A stretch of DNA of 38,780 nt from Acidimicrobiales bacterium (GTDB taxonomy: Bacteria; Actinomycetota; Acidimicrobiia; Acidimicrobiales; RAAP-2). The stretch is from the NCBI GenBank assembly GCA_036509375.1, contig DATCFS010000212.1, positions 1 through 38,780 of the forward strand, written 5' to 3'. The notes beneath the pieces are model-generated. The model did not search any database. It worked only from the letters and a program-made list of their open reading frames with translations, and was not told the origin of the DNA. Positions 1 through 10,751 of this stretch are shown here, piece by piece (the stretch's first letter is position 1; each line of letters opens with the position of its first letter). The translations under genes were made by a program, and so were the position numbers.

Positions 1-798
1 CTCGGTCAACAGTGCTGCTCCACCGATCAGTGCGCCGAAATCGAGGCCGAAGAGCGACACGATCGTGATGAGCGAGCAACGGAGCGCGTGACGGTAGAGG
101 ATCCGGCGCTCGGAGAGACCTTTCGCCCGAGCCGTTCGAATGTAGTCCTCGTTCATCGCGTTGATCAACTCGCCACGTAACACGCGGGCGTAGATACCCG
201 AGTAGAGCGCGGCCAACGTGAGCCAGGGGAAGAGGAGGTGCAACGCCCACTGCCAGGGATTAGACGTGATGGCTACATAGCCACCGTTGGGTAACCAGGG
301 GAAAAGTGAGGCGTGGAGTTTGTCCTGCGTGATGAGGTTCACCATCTCGCCGAGCCAGTAGGCCGGAATCGAGATCGTCGCGATACCGATGAACATGATC
401 AGCGGGTCGATGAACTTTCCTCTATTTGACGCGGCGACTACGCCGCCCAGAATGCCCACGATGAGCCAGATGACGGCAGCGCCAAAGACGAGCGACAGCG
501 TGATCGGGGCGGCAGCGATGATTTGGGGAATGATCTTGTCGCCGATATTGACGTACGAGGTCAGGTCCTGCTTGATGAACAGGTGGTACATCATGATGAG
601 GTAGCGGATTGGCAAGGGCTTGTCGAGTCCGAATTCAATGCTGACGTGTCGAAGCACTTCGGGGCTGGCACTTCGTCCGGCAATTCGAGCGGCCGGGTTG
701 ACACCGGGGGTGGCGAAGAATATGAGAAACACCATCACGCTGATCGCGAACATCACGAGCACCGCGGAGATGAGCCGTCGGATGATGTAGCGAAACAT
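1..798 (-). CDS. Peptide/nickel ABC transporter permease, DppB/OppB family (3' end beyond window edge)
   Basis: Not in the ORF track. ATG at 798-796 reads MFRYIIRRLIS..., abutting the TAA of the upstream permease. EAA-like loop (LRGELINAMNEDYIRTARAKGLSERRILYRHALR) is typical of BPD_transp_1. Confidence 0.9.
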   Translation of the reverse strand, partial: MFRYIIRRLISAVLVMFAISVMVFLIFFATPGVNPAARIAGRSASPEVLRHVSIEFGLDKPLPIRYLIMMYHLFIKQDLTSYVNIGDKIIPQIIAAAPITLSLVFGAAVIWLIVGILGGVVAASNRGKFIDPLIMFIGIATISIPAYWLGEMVNLITQDKLHASLFPWLPNGGYVAITSNPWQWALHLLFPWLTLAALYSGIYARVLRGELINAMNEDYIRTARAKGLSERRILYRHALRCSLITIVSLFGLDFGALIGGAALLTE

Positions 799-1854
799 TT
801 AGATGGAACCCCGAAGTTTGGCTTTGGGGTCGAAGGCGTCACGTGCGCCGTCGCCGAGGATGTTCAATGCACCGGCCGTCACGACAATGCAGAGACCGGG
901 CGCGATAGCAACCCACGGACGGGTGTAGAGAAGTTGGAGGCCGTCTTGAATGATGGTTCCCCAACTCGCTTGGGGTGGCTGCACACCGATCGAAAGAAAG
1001 GAAAGGGCCGACTCGGTGAGGAGACTGAAGGCGACCATCAGCGGGAAAAAGACAATGACACTCGGCGCGACGTTCGGCAGAATCTCTTTTCGCAAGATGT
1101 GCCAATCGGACGCACCCGACGCAATGGCCGCCTGAATGAACTCGCGTTCCTTCAACGAAAAGACAATGCCTCTGATGGGTCTCGCGACGTAGGGAACGTA
1201 GACCGAGGCGATAATGAGAATGGGCAGCAACAACGATCCGGCACTGATGTGGATGACGCCAAGGTTGAGTCCGCTCGTGAGCAAGATGACCGACAATGAG
1301 ATGGCGAGCAAGTAAATCGGGAAGGCCCAAATGATGTCGAAGAGTCGCGACATCAGCCAGTCAACGACACCACCGAAGTATCCGGCGACCATGCCCATCA
1401 CCGCCGCCACGAAAACGCAGATCACGGCCGACGAGAATCCGATCAAGAGACTGACGCGACCGCCGTAGAGAAGTCGGGCGAAGACGTCACGCCCGAGTTC
1501 GTCGGCGCCGAGAAAATAGTGCGAAAAACTCCACGTGGGCGCTATTGGCACGACACCGAGGCCGGAGGGATTGGCCTGCATGACGCTGCGAAACTTCCCG
1601 CCGATTTTGATTCGACCTTGCAGATTGGAGTTGAAGGGATCGTCGTGTGCGAAGTGGTGCGCGTAGATCGGCGCGCAAAGGCTCACGATGACCATGAACA
1701 TCAGTACGCCGAGCGCAATCATCGCCGGGCGGTTACGACGTAACTGACGAAGCGATGACCGCCAGGGGCTCTCAGAGCCCCCGGCGGTCAGTGATTCTTT
1801 CGCTTCTTTTTCAAATTCTTCACCAACGGCCGAGAGTCCGCCTATTTCACCCAC
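799..1854 (-). CDS. Peptide ABC transporter permease, DppC/OppC family
   Basis: SPWRSSLRQLRRNRPA N-terminus, LGADELGRDVFARLLYGGRVSL, EREFIQAAIASGAS (EAA), ESALSFLSIGVQPPQASWG. Start codon approximate. Confidence 0.92.
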   Translation of the reverse strand: MGEIGGLSAVGEEFEKEAKESLTAGGSESPWRSSLRQLRRNRPAMIALGVLMFMVIVSLCAPIYAHHFAHDDPFNSNLQGRIKIGGKFRSVMQANPSGLGVVPIAPTWSFSHYFLGADELGRDVFARLLYGGRVSLLIGFSSAVICVFVAAVMGMVAGYFGGVVDWLMSRLFDIIWAFPIYLLAISLSVILLTSGLNLGVIHISAGSLLLPILIIASVYVPYVARPIRGIVFSLKEREFIQAAIASGASDWHILRKEILPNVAPSVIVFFPLMVAFSLLTESALSFLSIGVQPPQASWGTIIQDGLQLLYTRPWVAIAPGLCIVVTAGALNILGDGARDAFDPKAKLRGSI

Positions 1855-3542
1855 AGTTGGTCCACGTACATGTAGAACTCCAGCGAGAACGTGTAATTAC
1901 CGACGTTCTTACCAATGAAGTCGACCAATTTCGGGTTGAAGAGAGGAACCCAGGGCGCTTGCGTCTTCATGATCAATGTGTCAATCTGGCCCCACAACTT
2001 GTTGGCCGCCGTTGCGTTGGTCAACTCCAATTTCTCGGCCTGCGCCATCATCGTGTCAATCGATGGCACGCACATGCCTGCGATGTTGATGGAGTTGTCG
2101 GTCCCCTTGTGGAAGTTCGCGCAACTGAGAAGTACTTTCAAAAAGTCCGACGCCGCCGGGTAGTCCTGGAACCACTGGGTCACGCTGATTTGGACCTTGT
2201 TGTTGGTGTTCTGGATGTAGTTGAACTCGATGTTCTGCGAGAGCGGCTTCAGCGTTGCCTTGTACCCGATCGAATTGAGCACACCTTGGACGTATTGGCC
2301 AACCGCCTCATCGACCGGGTCGTTCTGCGCCACGACCGCCACCTTCTCGCCGAACGTGCCCGACGACTTGACGAGCGCCTTCGCCTTTTTCAGGTCCGGT
2401 CCCGCGTACGCCGAACTGGAGTTGGAGTTGTAGGCGCAGGATTTCTGGTAGCCGGGGAATCCGGGCGGCAGAATCGTGCAGGTCGGCACACCGAGTTGCT
2501 TGCCACCGTAAAGTGTCACTGCGGAGTTCTTATTAATTGCGTAGTTGACGGCCTGACGGGCCTTCAAGTTATTGAACGGCGCGATGTTCATGTTCATCGG
2601 CAGGTACCAGTCGGCCGTCAAGGTGTGCACGTGAACCTGGGTTGCGTACTTACCCGAGATCTCCGCGAGACGGTCCGCCGGAATCGGGTCGAAGACCCAG
2701 TCGGCCTGTCCGTTTTCCACGGCGGTCACTTCGCTCTCGACGGGAAGACCGAAGGCCATCTCGATTTCGTCTGGGTAGCCCTGGGGCTGCGCTGCGGCGC
2801 TCCATACCTTGAAATACTTGTTGCGCTTCATGACGAGCGCCGAGTTCGGGTTATACGACGCGAAGTAGTACGCGCCCGTTCCTGGCACTGGCGTGTCGCC
2901 CTGGTCCTTGGCTGGTGTGCCCGCGGGAAGAATCGATCCAAAGGGAACGGCCAACTGGTCAAGGAACTCCGAGTCCTGTGTCAGCAAGTTGAACGTCACC
3001 GTGTTCTTCGCGGCGTTGATGACCACGCCACCCTTCAGGGTGCACGTCGCCGGTGTGGTCACGCAGGCCGGTCCCCCAACAATGACGTTGTACCAGGAAC
3101 CGGCATTGGGGTTAGAGACCTTGAACAGTCGCTGGAACGACGCGAGGACGTCCGCAACCGTGACGGCCTTGCCGTTGGAGAACTTGATGCCCTTACGCAA
3201 CGTAAACGTATATGTCTTGCCACTGTTCGTCACTTTGGGCAATGCGGTCGCCAAGTCCGCCACGACGGTGAACGACGGAGTGCCGCCGACCTTCTGGAAC
3301 GAAACGAGACCGTCGTACGTGGCCTGGTAGAGCTGCCAGTACTGCAGGGTGTAGTTGACCTGAGGGTCCAGTGTGCCGCCGGCCGCCGTGGCGTCGATCT
3401 TCACCGTTCCCCCGGCGTGGGCCTTCTGGTACCCGGAGGTGGCGCCCGCGGGCGCCGCCGCGACGGAGGCAACTCCGAGCGCACATACCGCGATGGACGA
3501 AAGGATCACCCCCATCGACTTCATGGACTTGAGACGTGTCAT
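1842..3542 (-). CDS. ABC transporter substrate-binding protein, family 5 (DppA/OppA-like)
   Basis: Signal peptide; TLDPQ, YTFTLRKGIKFSNG, PGTGAY, PFNNLKARQAVNYAINK. SD GGGGAG upstream; precedes the permeases. Confidence 0.92.
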   Translation of the reverse strand: MTRLKSMKSMGVILSSIAVCALGVASVAAAPAGATSGYQKAHAGGTVKIDATAAGGTLDPQVNYTLQYWQLYQATYDGLVSFQKVGGTPSFTVVADLATALPKVTNSGKTYTFTLRKGIKFSNGKAVTVADVLASFQRLFKVSNPNAGSWYNVIVGGPACVTTPATCTLKGGVVINAAKNTVTFNLLTQDSEFLDQLAVPFGSILPAGTPAKDQGDTPVPGTGAYYFASYNPNSALVMKRNKYFKVWSAAAQPQGYPDEIEMAFGLPVESEVTAVENGQADWVFDPIPADRLAEISGKYATQVHVHTLTADWYLPMNMNIAPFNNLKARQAVNYAINKNSAVTLYGGKQLGVPTCTILPPGFPGYQKSCAYNSNSSSAYAGPDLKKAKALVKSSGTFGEKVAVVAQNDPVDEAVGQYVQGVLNSIGYKATLKPLSQNIEFNYIQNTNNKVQISVTQWFQDYPAASDFLKVLLSCANFHKGTDNSINIAGMCVPSIDTMMAQAEKLELTNATAANKLWGQIDTLIMKTQAPWVPLFNPKLVDFIGKNVGNYTFSLEFYMYVDQLWVK

Positions 3543-3626
3543 GTACTTCTCCCCTTTTTCGACTTTGCTCAGATTGCTAGTACTTCTCTACTACAGGTTT
3601 GTTTCCACTTTCTTAACTCGAAATCG

Positions 3627-4526
3627 CTAGTCGTGCTCGGCCAGGAATGACTCGACTACGGCGAGGTAGCGCTCGGGCTCCTCGACGAACGGCATGTGAC
3701 TCGAGTTCTCGAAGATCTCCCAGCGAACGTCAGGAATGTTGTCGAAGAAGGGCTGGACGGTCCCCGGTGTCGCCTCGTCAAATCGACCGGAACAGAGCAG
3801 GGTGGGCGCCGTGATGTTGTGCACCCGGTCCACCACACTCCAATCCCGTAAGGTCCCGATGCAGAAGAATTCGTTGGGACCGTTCATGACGTTGTAGACG
3901 GTCGGATCCTCCATCAGCATCTCGAAGGTACGCACGACCTCGGGAGGATTTGGCACGACTCGACAGACGTGCAGGTCGTAATAGACCTGCTGGGCTTCGA
4001 GGTATTCGGGGTCGTCGGTCGTGCCGGACGCTTCGTGCTTGTCGAGGGCTGCCTCGACCTCGGGGTCGAGATCGCCTCGAAGGATCTTGGCCTCACTTGC
4101 CCAGAGCGCCATCGACGCCGGCGAGTTGGAGATGACGAGCGCCTTCAAACCGGCGGGCTGGCGGATTCCGTGTTCGGCGCCCAGCATTCCGCCCCACGAT
4201 TGGCCGAGCAAGAAGTACCGATCGTTGATACCGAGATACGTGAGGAGATTCTCCAGCTCGTCAAGAAAGAGTTGCACGGTCCAAAAGTCGCCGCCGCGCT
4301 CGGGCATGTGCGTCGAGCGGCCGCCGCCGATCTGGTCGTAGTGCACGACCGGTCGTCCGGTGTCGGCGAGCTTGGCGAGTGCGAGTACGTAATCGTGCGT
4401 ACAACCCGGTCCACCGTGGGCGACGACGAGCGGTGTCTTACCGGATTTCAGATCGCCGGTGACGCGGTACCACGTCTCCCACTCGCGAAAGGGCGCAACA
4501 CCGACGACTACATTTTCCGATTCCAT
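3627..4526 (-). CDS. Proline iminopeptidase / L-amino-acid amidase family alpha/beta hydrolase
   Basis: HGGPG oxyanion motif, YDQIGGGRS, GQSWGG nucleophile elbow, GRFDE, SSHMPF catalytic His. Confidence 0.9.
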   Translation of the reverse strand: MESENVVVGVAPFREWETWYRVTGDLKSGKTPLVVAHGGPGCTHDYVLALAKLADTGRPVVHYDQIGGGRSTHMPERGGDFWTVQLFLDELENLLTYLGINDRYFLLGQSWGGMLGAEHGIRQPAGLKALVISNSPASMALWASEAKILRGDLDPEVEAALDKHEASGTTDDPEYLEAQQVYYDLHVCRVVPNPPEVVRTFEMLMEDPTVYNVMNGPNEFFCIGTLRDWSVVDRVHNITAPTLLCSGRFDEATPGTVQPFFDNIPDVRWEIFENSSHMPFVEEPERYLAVVESFLAEHD

Positions 4527-4532
4527 TGCTCG

Positions 4533-4538
4533 ACAGTA
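4533..4538 (-). promoter_or_regulatory. -10 box TACTGT, leaderless start of iminopeptidase-opp unit
   Basis: Minus strand reads TACTGT-cgagca-ATG (6-nt spacer), with no SD. Confidence 0.6.
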
Positions 4539-4654
4539 GAGGACGATGTCAACCGACGCAAGACGGCGATTCTTAGTCTTCGTTTACTGAATCTTGCAAC
4601 CGCCCTTTTGTCCCTCTACAACACTGTCTCCAGCCGAGCTTGAAAGGAAGCCCA

Positions 4655-6070
4655 GTGAATTCAGTCCGTCGAGGTGTGCGAAATGCCTTTCGAAACTCCA
4701 TGCGATCGGTGGGCGTCATCGTCATCTTGGCCGTCGCGATCACACTCTCGATCTCAATGCTGATCGCTCGTGACGCCGTCAACACGAAGATCAACTCGGT
4801 ACGCGCCTCAACGGGCAACACCATCACCGTGGCGCCGAAGGGCTTCTTCGGGTTCAACGGAGGCGGTACGCCGTTGAAGCAAACGAAAGTCGACGCCCTG
4901 CTCAATCTCGCCAATGTCACCTCCGTGCAGGAGTCGCTCAGTGAGCAGCTCTCCACGTCGAACTCGTCGCTGACGTCGCCCACACCCGTTGGTTCGCTCG
5001 GCCAGCGATTCGGTTCGACGGGTGGCAACCCCAACGGCAACGCCGGAACCGGTCAAGCCGGTTCGGGCGCCGGTTTCACGATACCTATCCGAGTCATCGG
5101 CACCAATAGTCCCGGTAACGCCCTCGTCGGCGGAGCCAACGGCGGCGGCACCGAGAAGCTCACCTCCGGCACCACCTTCAGCCCCACGTCGAAGGCCAAT
5201 GTGGCCATCATCGGCGCCAACCTCGCCAGCAAGAACAAATTGAAGGTCGGATCGACCTTCACTGCCTGGAAAACAACGATCACCGTCGTCGGCATTTACA
5301 ACTCCGGTTCGACGTTCGCCGACTCGGACGTGCTGATGCCGCTTAGCACCGTCCAAACTTTGGCGTCAGCGTCGAATCAAGTGACGTCGGCGACGGTGGT
5401 CGTCAACAGCATTGATCACGTGGCGAGCGTCGATAAGGCGATAACGAAGTCCCTGGGATCAGCGGCCGACGTGACGTCAACGCAAGCGACCATTCAGGCC
5501 CAACTGGCGCCGCTCAACTCCGTAAAGACGATCTCCACCTACACGCTGATCGGAGCCGTCATTGGCGCCGCCCTCATCTTGTTGCTTTCAATGCTCATGA
5601 TTGTGCGGGAACGTCGCCGCGAAGTCGGCGTGCTGAAAGCACTCGGCGCACCGAACCGTTCCATCATCACCCAGTTCATCTCCGAGTCGACGACGTTCAC
5701 CATCCTCGGCGCAATCGTCGGTTTCATTGGCGGCGTGGCCATCAGCAGTCCGATCACGTCGGCGTTGATCAGCGCCAAGGGCGGGACCACGACGACCAAC
5801 ACGGGAGGATTCGTTCGAAACCAGGGTGGTGCAGGCGGCTTCATTGGCGGTGGTAGCGGTTTCACACCGCCCGCCGGCGCCGCAACCGGTGGTGGACAAC
5901 TCCGCTTCGGAGGAGTCGGCAACACCCTCACACAGATTCACACGTCGGCCGGATGGTCGACGCTCGCCTTCGCCCTGCTTGCCGCCATTGTGATCGCCGC
6001 AATTGGTAGCACCGTCGCAACCGCCACCATTGTCCGTATCCGTCCGGCCGAAGTATTGAGGAGTGAGTAA
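4655..6070 (+). CDS. MacB/FtsX-like ABC transporter permease
   Basis: GTG at 4655 preceded by AAGGAAG. One N-terminal TM, large extracytoplasmic domain, [14 protein letters not shown] motif, C-terminal [10 protein letters not shown]. Confidence 0.88.
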   Translation: MNSVRRGVRNAFRNSMRSVGVIVILAVAITLSISMLIARDAVNTKINSVRASTGNTITVAPKGFFGFNGGGTPLKQTKVDALLNLANVTSVQESLSEQLSTSNSSLTSPTPVGSLGQRFGSTGGNPNGNAGTGQAGSGAGFTIPIRVIGTNSPGNALVGGANGGGTEKLTSGTTFSPTSKANVAIIGANLASKNKLKVGSTFTAWKTTITVVGIYNSGSTFADSDVLMPLSTVQTLASASNQVTSATVVVNSIDHVASVDKAITKSLGSAADVTSTQATIQAQLAPLNSVKTISTYTLIGAVIGAALILLLSMLMIVRERRREVGVLKALGAPNRSIITQFISESTTFTILGAIVGFIGGVAISSPITSALISAKGGTTTTNTGGFVRNQGGAGGFIGGGSGFTPPAGAATGGGQLRFGGVGNTLTQIHTSAGWSTLAFALLAAIVIAAIGSTVATATIVRIRPAEVLRSE

Positions 6071-6744
6071 TGCTCAAAGTAGCGAACCTAGATAAGACGT
6101 TCCACACGGATGCCGGTGAGGTGCACGCCGTCCAGAACGTGAGCTTCGACGCCCAGAACGGAGAGATGCTCGCCATCATTGGAGCCAGTGGTAGTGGCAA
6201 GTCGACCCTGCTCTCACTGCTCGGACTCCTCGACGCTCCGGATAAGGGAAGCATCGACATCGACGGCGTGGAGTTGGCAAATCTTGATTCGTCGGGTCGT
6301 ACGAAGTTCCGGTCACGCCAGGTCGGATTCGTCTTCCAGCAGTTCAACCTCATCCCCAATCTGAGTGCCAAAGAGAACGTCGAGCTCGCGCTCGAGTTCT
6401 CCCACTGGCCCAAGGAAGAGAGGGAGGCCCGTGCCGACGAGATGCTCGCGATGGTGGGACTCAATGCTGACAAGGGAAGCCGTCGTCCAGCGAAGTTGTC
6501 CGGCGGCGAACAGCAACGCGTTGCGATCGCGCGCGCGTTCGCCGCCCAACCGCAGTTGATCCTCGCCGACGAGCCCACGGGCAGTCTCGATCGCGGGACC
6601 GGTCAAAAGATCGTTGAACTTCTCCGTGCCGCCGCCTCAAAACAACAGGCCACCGTTCTCGTAGTGACTCACGACGAGAAGATTGCGCAACAGGCCGACC
6701 GTCGACTCGAGATTGACGATGGGGTCCTCAAGGAAATCGCGTGA
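6070..6744 (+). CDS. LolD/MacB-type ABC ATP-binding protein
   Basis: GASGSGKS Walker [39 protein letters not shown] coupling to the permease. Confidence 0.93.
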   Translation: MLKVANLDKTFHTDAGEVHAVQNVSFDAQNGEMLAIIGASGSGKSTLLSLLGLLDAPDKGSIDIDGVELANLDSSGRTKFRSRQVGFVFQQFNLIPNLSAKENVELALEFSHWPKEEREARADEMLAMVGLNADKGSRRPAKLSGGEQQRVAIARAFAAQPQLILADEPTGSLDRGTGQKIVELLRAAASKQQATVLVVTHDEKIAQQADRRLEIDDGVLKEIA

Positions 6745-6860
6745 TTCGTGCATCACGGACGCCCGGACGCCGAAGGCTCTCATTTTGTCGCTGCGCGTGC
6801 GAGACGGGCGAATGATTGCGAGACGCACCAACGCGACACTCGGTTAGCCTTGATGGCTCT

Positions 6861-7943
6861 ATGGCCCTCTCAATTGGAATCGTCGGACTACCCAACGTCG
6901 GTAAATCAACAGTATTTAATGCCCTGACCAATAATCACGTTTTGGCGGCGAATTATCCTTTCGCGACCATCGAGCCCAATGTCGGCGTCGTCGCGGTACC
7001 CGATCCCCGCCTCAGCCAGTTGGCCAAGATCCACGGCTCCGAGAAGATCCTGCCGGCAACGGTGACGTTCGTTGATATCGCCGGTATCGTGCGAGGGGCT
7101 TCCGAGGGTGAAGGCCTGGGAAATCAGTTCCTCGCAGCCATCCGCGAGTGCGATGCAATTTGCGAGGTGGTGCGAGTCTTCGAGGACGATGACGTCATTC
7201 ACGTGGATGGCCACATCGACCCGGCTAGCGACGTCGCCACTATTGAGACCGAGCTCATCCTCGCCGACCTGCAAACTGTTGACAAGGCCCTCTCGCGCCT
7301 GGAACGAGAGGCCAAGCGCAGCGGCGGTGCGGCGGCCACGCGATTGGTCGAGATGAAGAAGGCGCGCGATGCGCTGGACCAGGGACTCGTCATTTCCAAA
7401 GTCGGCAAGGAACTCGACCGCGATGCTCTCGCTGACTTGCACCTCCTCACCGACAAGCCCTTTATCTATGTCTTCAACGTCGACGAGGAGACACTTGGCA
7501 ACGCCGATCGCTGCGCCGAACTCATGGCGTCGGTCGCTCCGTCACCGTCGGTGATCCTGTGCGCGAAGGTTGAGTCCGAACTCTCCGATCTGGACGCAGA
7601 TGAAGCCCTCGAGCTCTTGCAATCCTTTGGTCAACAGGAGTCTGGACTGGCGCAGTTGTCACGTGTCGGATTTGACGCACTGGGCCTGCAGACGTTTCTC
7701 ACCGCCGGCCCCAAGGAGACCAGGGCGTGGACAATCCACCAGGGCGCCACGGCACCCGAAGCGGCCGGAGAGATTCACACCGACTTTCAGAAGCACTTCA
7801 TCAAAGCCGAGGTGGTCTCCTTTGACGATCTCATGAGTGCCGGCACGATGGCCGCAGTGAAGGCCGCGGGCAAGGCCCGTATTGAAGGCAAGGAATACGT
7901 CATGCGCGACGGCGACGTTGTGGAGTTCCGCGTCGGCGTTTGA
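6861..7943 (+). CDS. ychF: Redox-regulated ribosome-binding ATPase YchF
   Basis: [41 protein letters not shown] domain ([12 protein letters not shown]...[15 protein letters not shown]). Start moved to ATG 6861. Confidence 0.97.
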   Translation: MALSIGIVGLPNVGKSTVFNALTNNHVLAANYPFATIEPNVGVVAVPDPRLSQLAKIHGSEKILPATVTFVDIAGIVRGASEGEGLGNQFLAAIRECDAICEVVRVFEDDDVIHVDGHIDPASDVATIETELILADLQTVDKALSRLEREAKRSGGAAATRLVEMKKARDALDQGLVISKVGKELDRDALADLHLLTDKPFIYVFNVDEETLGNADRCAELMASVAPSPSVILCAKVESELSDLDADEALELLQSFGQQESGLAQLSRVGFDALGLQTFLTAGPKETRAWTIHQGATAPEAAGEIHTDFQKHFIKAEVVSFDDLMSAGTMAAVKAAGKARIEGKEYVMRDGDVVEFRVGV

Positions 7944-7948
7944 CGCGT

Positions 7949-7988
7949 TACAATTGACGCAGGCGTATGCGACAGAGGTCGGCGCCTG
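7949..7988 (+). promoter_or_regulatory. ahcY -10 box (TACAAT) and 5' leader hairpin
   Basis: TACAAT at 7949-7954, followed by the stem CAGGCGT..CGAC-AGAG-GTCG..GCGCCTG at 7960-7988. Confidence 0.5.
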
Positions 7989-8013
7989 GAAGTCTTCAAT
8001 TTCTAGGAGAACC

Positions 8014-9459
8014 ATGACCTCTGACACCCTCAACTACAAAGTTGCCGACCTCTCACTCGCCGATTTCGGTCGCGCGGAAATGACGCTCGCCGAACACGAG
8101 ATGCCCGGTCTTATGGCCATGCGCGCCGAGTTCGGAACGACCAAGCCGCTCGCCGGGGCACGCATTGCGGGATCGCTCCACATGACGATTCAAACGGCCG
8201 TCCTCATCGAGACGCTCGTCGCGCTCGGTGCCGACGTCCGCTGGGTCAGTTGCAACATCTTCTCGACCCAGGACCACGCCGCTGCCGCAGTCGTCGTCGG
8301 CCCGAACGGAACCGTTGACGACCCCCAGGGCGTACCCGTCTTCGCGTGGAAGGGTGAGACGCTCGAAGAGTATTGGTGGTGCACCGAGCAGATGATGCGC
8401 TGGCCCGGCCACAACGGTCCGACCATGATCCTCGACGACGGCGGTGACGCAACCCTCCTCGTGCACAAGGGACTGGAATTCGAACGGGCCGGTTTCGTGC
8501 CCGCTCCGGAAAGCGCCGACTCCGAGGAGTATCGCGTCATTCTTCAACTGCTCGACACCATCGTGTCGAGTGGCGAGGCGTTCTTCGGCCCAATGGCCGA
8601 GGACCTCATCGGCGTTTCCGAGGAGACGACGACCGGTGTCCACCGCCTCTACGAGATGGAACGTGACGGAACATTGTTGTTCCCGGCGATCAACGTCAAT
8701 GACGCCGTCACGAAGTCCAAGTTCGACAACAAGTACGGCTGTCGCCACTCGCTGATCGACGGCATCAATCGCGCGACCGATACCTTGATCGGCGGCAAGG
8801 TCGCCGTGATCTGCGGTTACGGCGACGTCGGTAAGGGATCGGCCGAATCGTTGAAGGGTCAGGGCGCTCGCGTCATCATCACTGAGATCGATCCGATCTG
8901 TGCCTTGCAGGCGGCGATGGACGGCTTTCAAGTTACGACCCTTGAAGAAGCGTTGCCGAATGCCGACATCATCGTCACGGCGACAGGCAACCGCGACATC
9001 GTGTCGGTCGATCACATGTTGATGATGAAGCATCAGGCGATTCTCGGCAACATTGGTCACTTCGACAACGAGATCGACATCGCCGGGCTCGCCAACCTCA
9101 AAGGGGCGAAGCGCGAGAACATTAAGCCTCAGGTCGACAAGTGGATCATGCCCAACGGACGGGCCATTATCTTGCTGTCGGAGGGTCGACTCTTGAACCT
9201 CGGCAACGCAACCGGTCACCCGAGCTTCGTGATGAGCAACTCGTTCACCAACCAGACAATGGCCCAGATTGAACTCTTCGTCAACAACTCGAACTACGAG
9301 AAGAAGGTGTACGTCCTGCCCAAGCATCTCGACGAGAAGGTCGCGCGACTGCACCTCGACGCGCTCGGCGTGAAGTTGACCACGCTCTCAAAGGTGCAGG
9401 CCGACTACATCGGCGTGCCGGTCGAAGGCCCCTTCAAACCCGATACGTACCGCTACTAA
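8014..9459 (+). CDS. ahcY: Adenosylhomocysteinase (SAH hydrolase)
   Basis: [82 protein letters not shown]-terminal YRY. SD GGAGA before ATG 8014. Confidence 0.98.
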   Translation: MTSDTLNYKVADLSLADFGRAEMTLAEHEMPGLMAMRAEFGTTKPLAGARIAGSLHMTIQTAVLIETLVALGADVRWVSCNIFSTQDHAAAAVVVGPNGTVDDPQGVPVFAWKGETLEEYWWCTEQMMRWPGHNGPTMILDDGGDATLLVHKGLEFERAGFVPAPESADSEEYRVILQLLDTIVSSGEAFFGPMAEDLIGVSEETTTGVHRLYEMERDGTLLFPAINVNDAVTKSKFDNKYGCRHSLIDGINRATDTLIGGKVAVICGYGDVGKGSAESLKGQGARVIITEIDPICALQAAMDGFQVTTLEEALPNADIIVTATGNRDIVSVDHMLMMKHQAILGNIGHFDNEIDIAGLANLKGAKRENIKPQVDKWIMPNGRAIILLSEGRLLNLGNATGHPSFVMSNSFTNQTMAQIELFVNNSNYEKKVYVLPKHLDEKVARLHLDALGVKLTTLSKVQADYIGVPVEGPFKPDTYRY

Positions 9460-9509
9460 CGGTTCGGGGAACTCGCTACGTTGAGGGAGTAGCGGAGAGG
9501 AGTCGGGGC

Positions 9510-9812
9510 ATGTCCAACGAGACCATTGAGTGTCCCGACTGTCATGAAGTGAATACCCCAGCGACGATTCGTTGCGCACGTTGCGGACGATCCCTGGAGA
9601 CCGACGATCAACGAAGGATTCGGCTCGCCAAGATTGAGCGGGGACGACGAGACGCCGAGCGGGACAGTGCCAACTTTCCGCGATTGAGCCGAACGGGGCC
9701 GTTCAACCTGGCGCGAAGCGTGGACGCCATGTCCAGTCAACGCCTGCGTCGAATCCTTTTGGTAATCGCCGCCATCGGCGTGGGGCTCGTGGTGCGGATC
9801 ATCGTTGGATAG
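9510..9812 (+). CDS. Hypothetical zinc-ribbon protein with C-terminal membrane anchor
   Basis: CPDC...CARC pair, charged helix, C-terminal hydrophobic helix. SD GAGGAG upstream. Confidence 0.65.
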   Translation: MSNETIECPDCHEVNTPATIRCARCGRSLETDDQRRIRLAKIERGRRDAERDSANFPRLSRTGPFNLARSVDAMSSQRLRRILLVIAAIGVGLVVRIIVG

Positions 9813-9817
9813 ATGTG

Positions 9818-10729
9818 ATGAGTGAGACCAACGCCGCGTCGCCGACCTCGTCGGCCCTGTCGTGGGCGGGAAGCGTATGTGGCGCGGACTCAAACGCCAC
9901 CGGAGTTCGCAGACTGACCGGCGGTATTTCTTCGGCCGTGCACGTGTTGACACTCGTGGACACCCACGGACACCACCGCCGCGTGGTCCTGCGCCAGTGG
10001 ATTGATGACCACGAACATCGCGGTTCGGAATGCGTACTGCGTGAGGCGCACATCCTCAACGAATTGATGAGCACCGACATCGATGCTCCGCACGTGCTCG
10101 CCATCGATGCGGAAGGCAGTGAGTGCGGATTCCCGTCGCTGCTCATGACCTATCTCGATGGCCACGTGGAACTCTCCCCCAAGGACCCCGACGACTGGAT
10201 ATCTCAAATGGCGGCGATGCTCGTACGAATCCACAGTGCAAACGTGACTGCACCACCGGCGGAATCGTGGCTGAACCGCGATCGATTGGTGGTTCCCGAG
10301 TGGACGAAGGACGCAGTCCTCTGGCGCGAGGCGCTGTCAGTTCTCGACACCAATCCACCACCCACTGAAGAGTGCTTCATTCACCACGACTATCAGCACT
10401 TCAATCTCTTGTGGCGTCGCGGCGTGCTTCGCAGTGTCGTTGATTGGGTATGGGCTTCGAACGGTCCACCGGAAATGGACGTCGCGCACAGTCGACTCAA
10501 TCTGAGCGTCCTCTATTCAACGGAGTACGCCGAACAGTTCCGACTGAAGTATCTGGCCGGTTCGAGACGCACGCTCGCGCCGTGGTGGGACGTCGCGGGA
10601 CTCCTTCTCTACCTTCCCGGTTGGGGTAACTTCTTGCAGACTCAGGCGGGAGCGCGAAAGGACGTTGACTTCCAGGGCATGCACGCACGAGTCGAAGCGA
10701 CGTTGCGCGCAACGATGTCGCGTTTGTAG
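9818..10729 (+). CDS. Aminoglycoside phosphotransferase (APH/choline kinase-like) family protein
   Basis: LTGGISSAVH glycine loop, VLR, REAHIL, Brenner-like HHDYQHFNLL, VVDW, GPPEMDVAH. Confidence 0.8.
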   Translation: MSETNAASPTSSALSWAGSVCGADSNATGVRRLTGGISSAVHVLTLVDTHGHHRRVVLRQWIDDHEHRGSECVLREAHILNELMSTDIDAPHVLAIDAEGSECGFPSLLMTYLDGHVELSPKDPDDWISQMAAMLVRIHSANVTAPPAESWLNRDRLVVPEWTKDAVLWREALSVLDTNPPPTEECFIHHDYQHFNLLWRRGVLRSVVDWVWASNGPPEMDVAHSRLNLSVLYSTEYAEQFRLKYLAGSRRTLAPWWDVAGLLLYLPGWGNFLQTQAGARKDVDFQGMHARVEATLRATMSRL

Positions 10730-10751
10730 ACGTACCTCGCCGCGACGAAGC

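Noticed and set aside
1755-3650. 631-aa plus-strand ORF (likewise 8053-9354 minus, 13128-14057 minus, 14796-15968 plus, 30291-31850 minus)
   Set aside because: Antisense or alternate-frame shadows of well-supported genes. Expected from high-GC codon bias; no recognisable motifs.
7944-8013. SAH riboswitch upstream of ahcY
   Set aside because: No GAGGAGCG/GAGGGGCG...UGC core or matching pseudoknot; only a simple hairpin.
9818-10729. Bona fide aminoglycoside resistance gene
   Set aside because: Only the general APH/kinase fold motifs are present; the substrate cannot be inferred from sequence.
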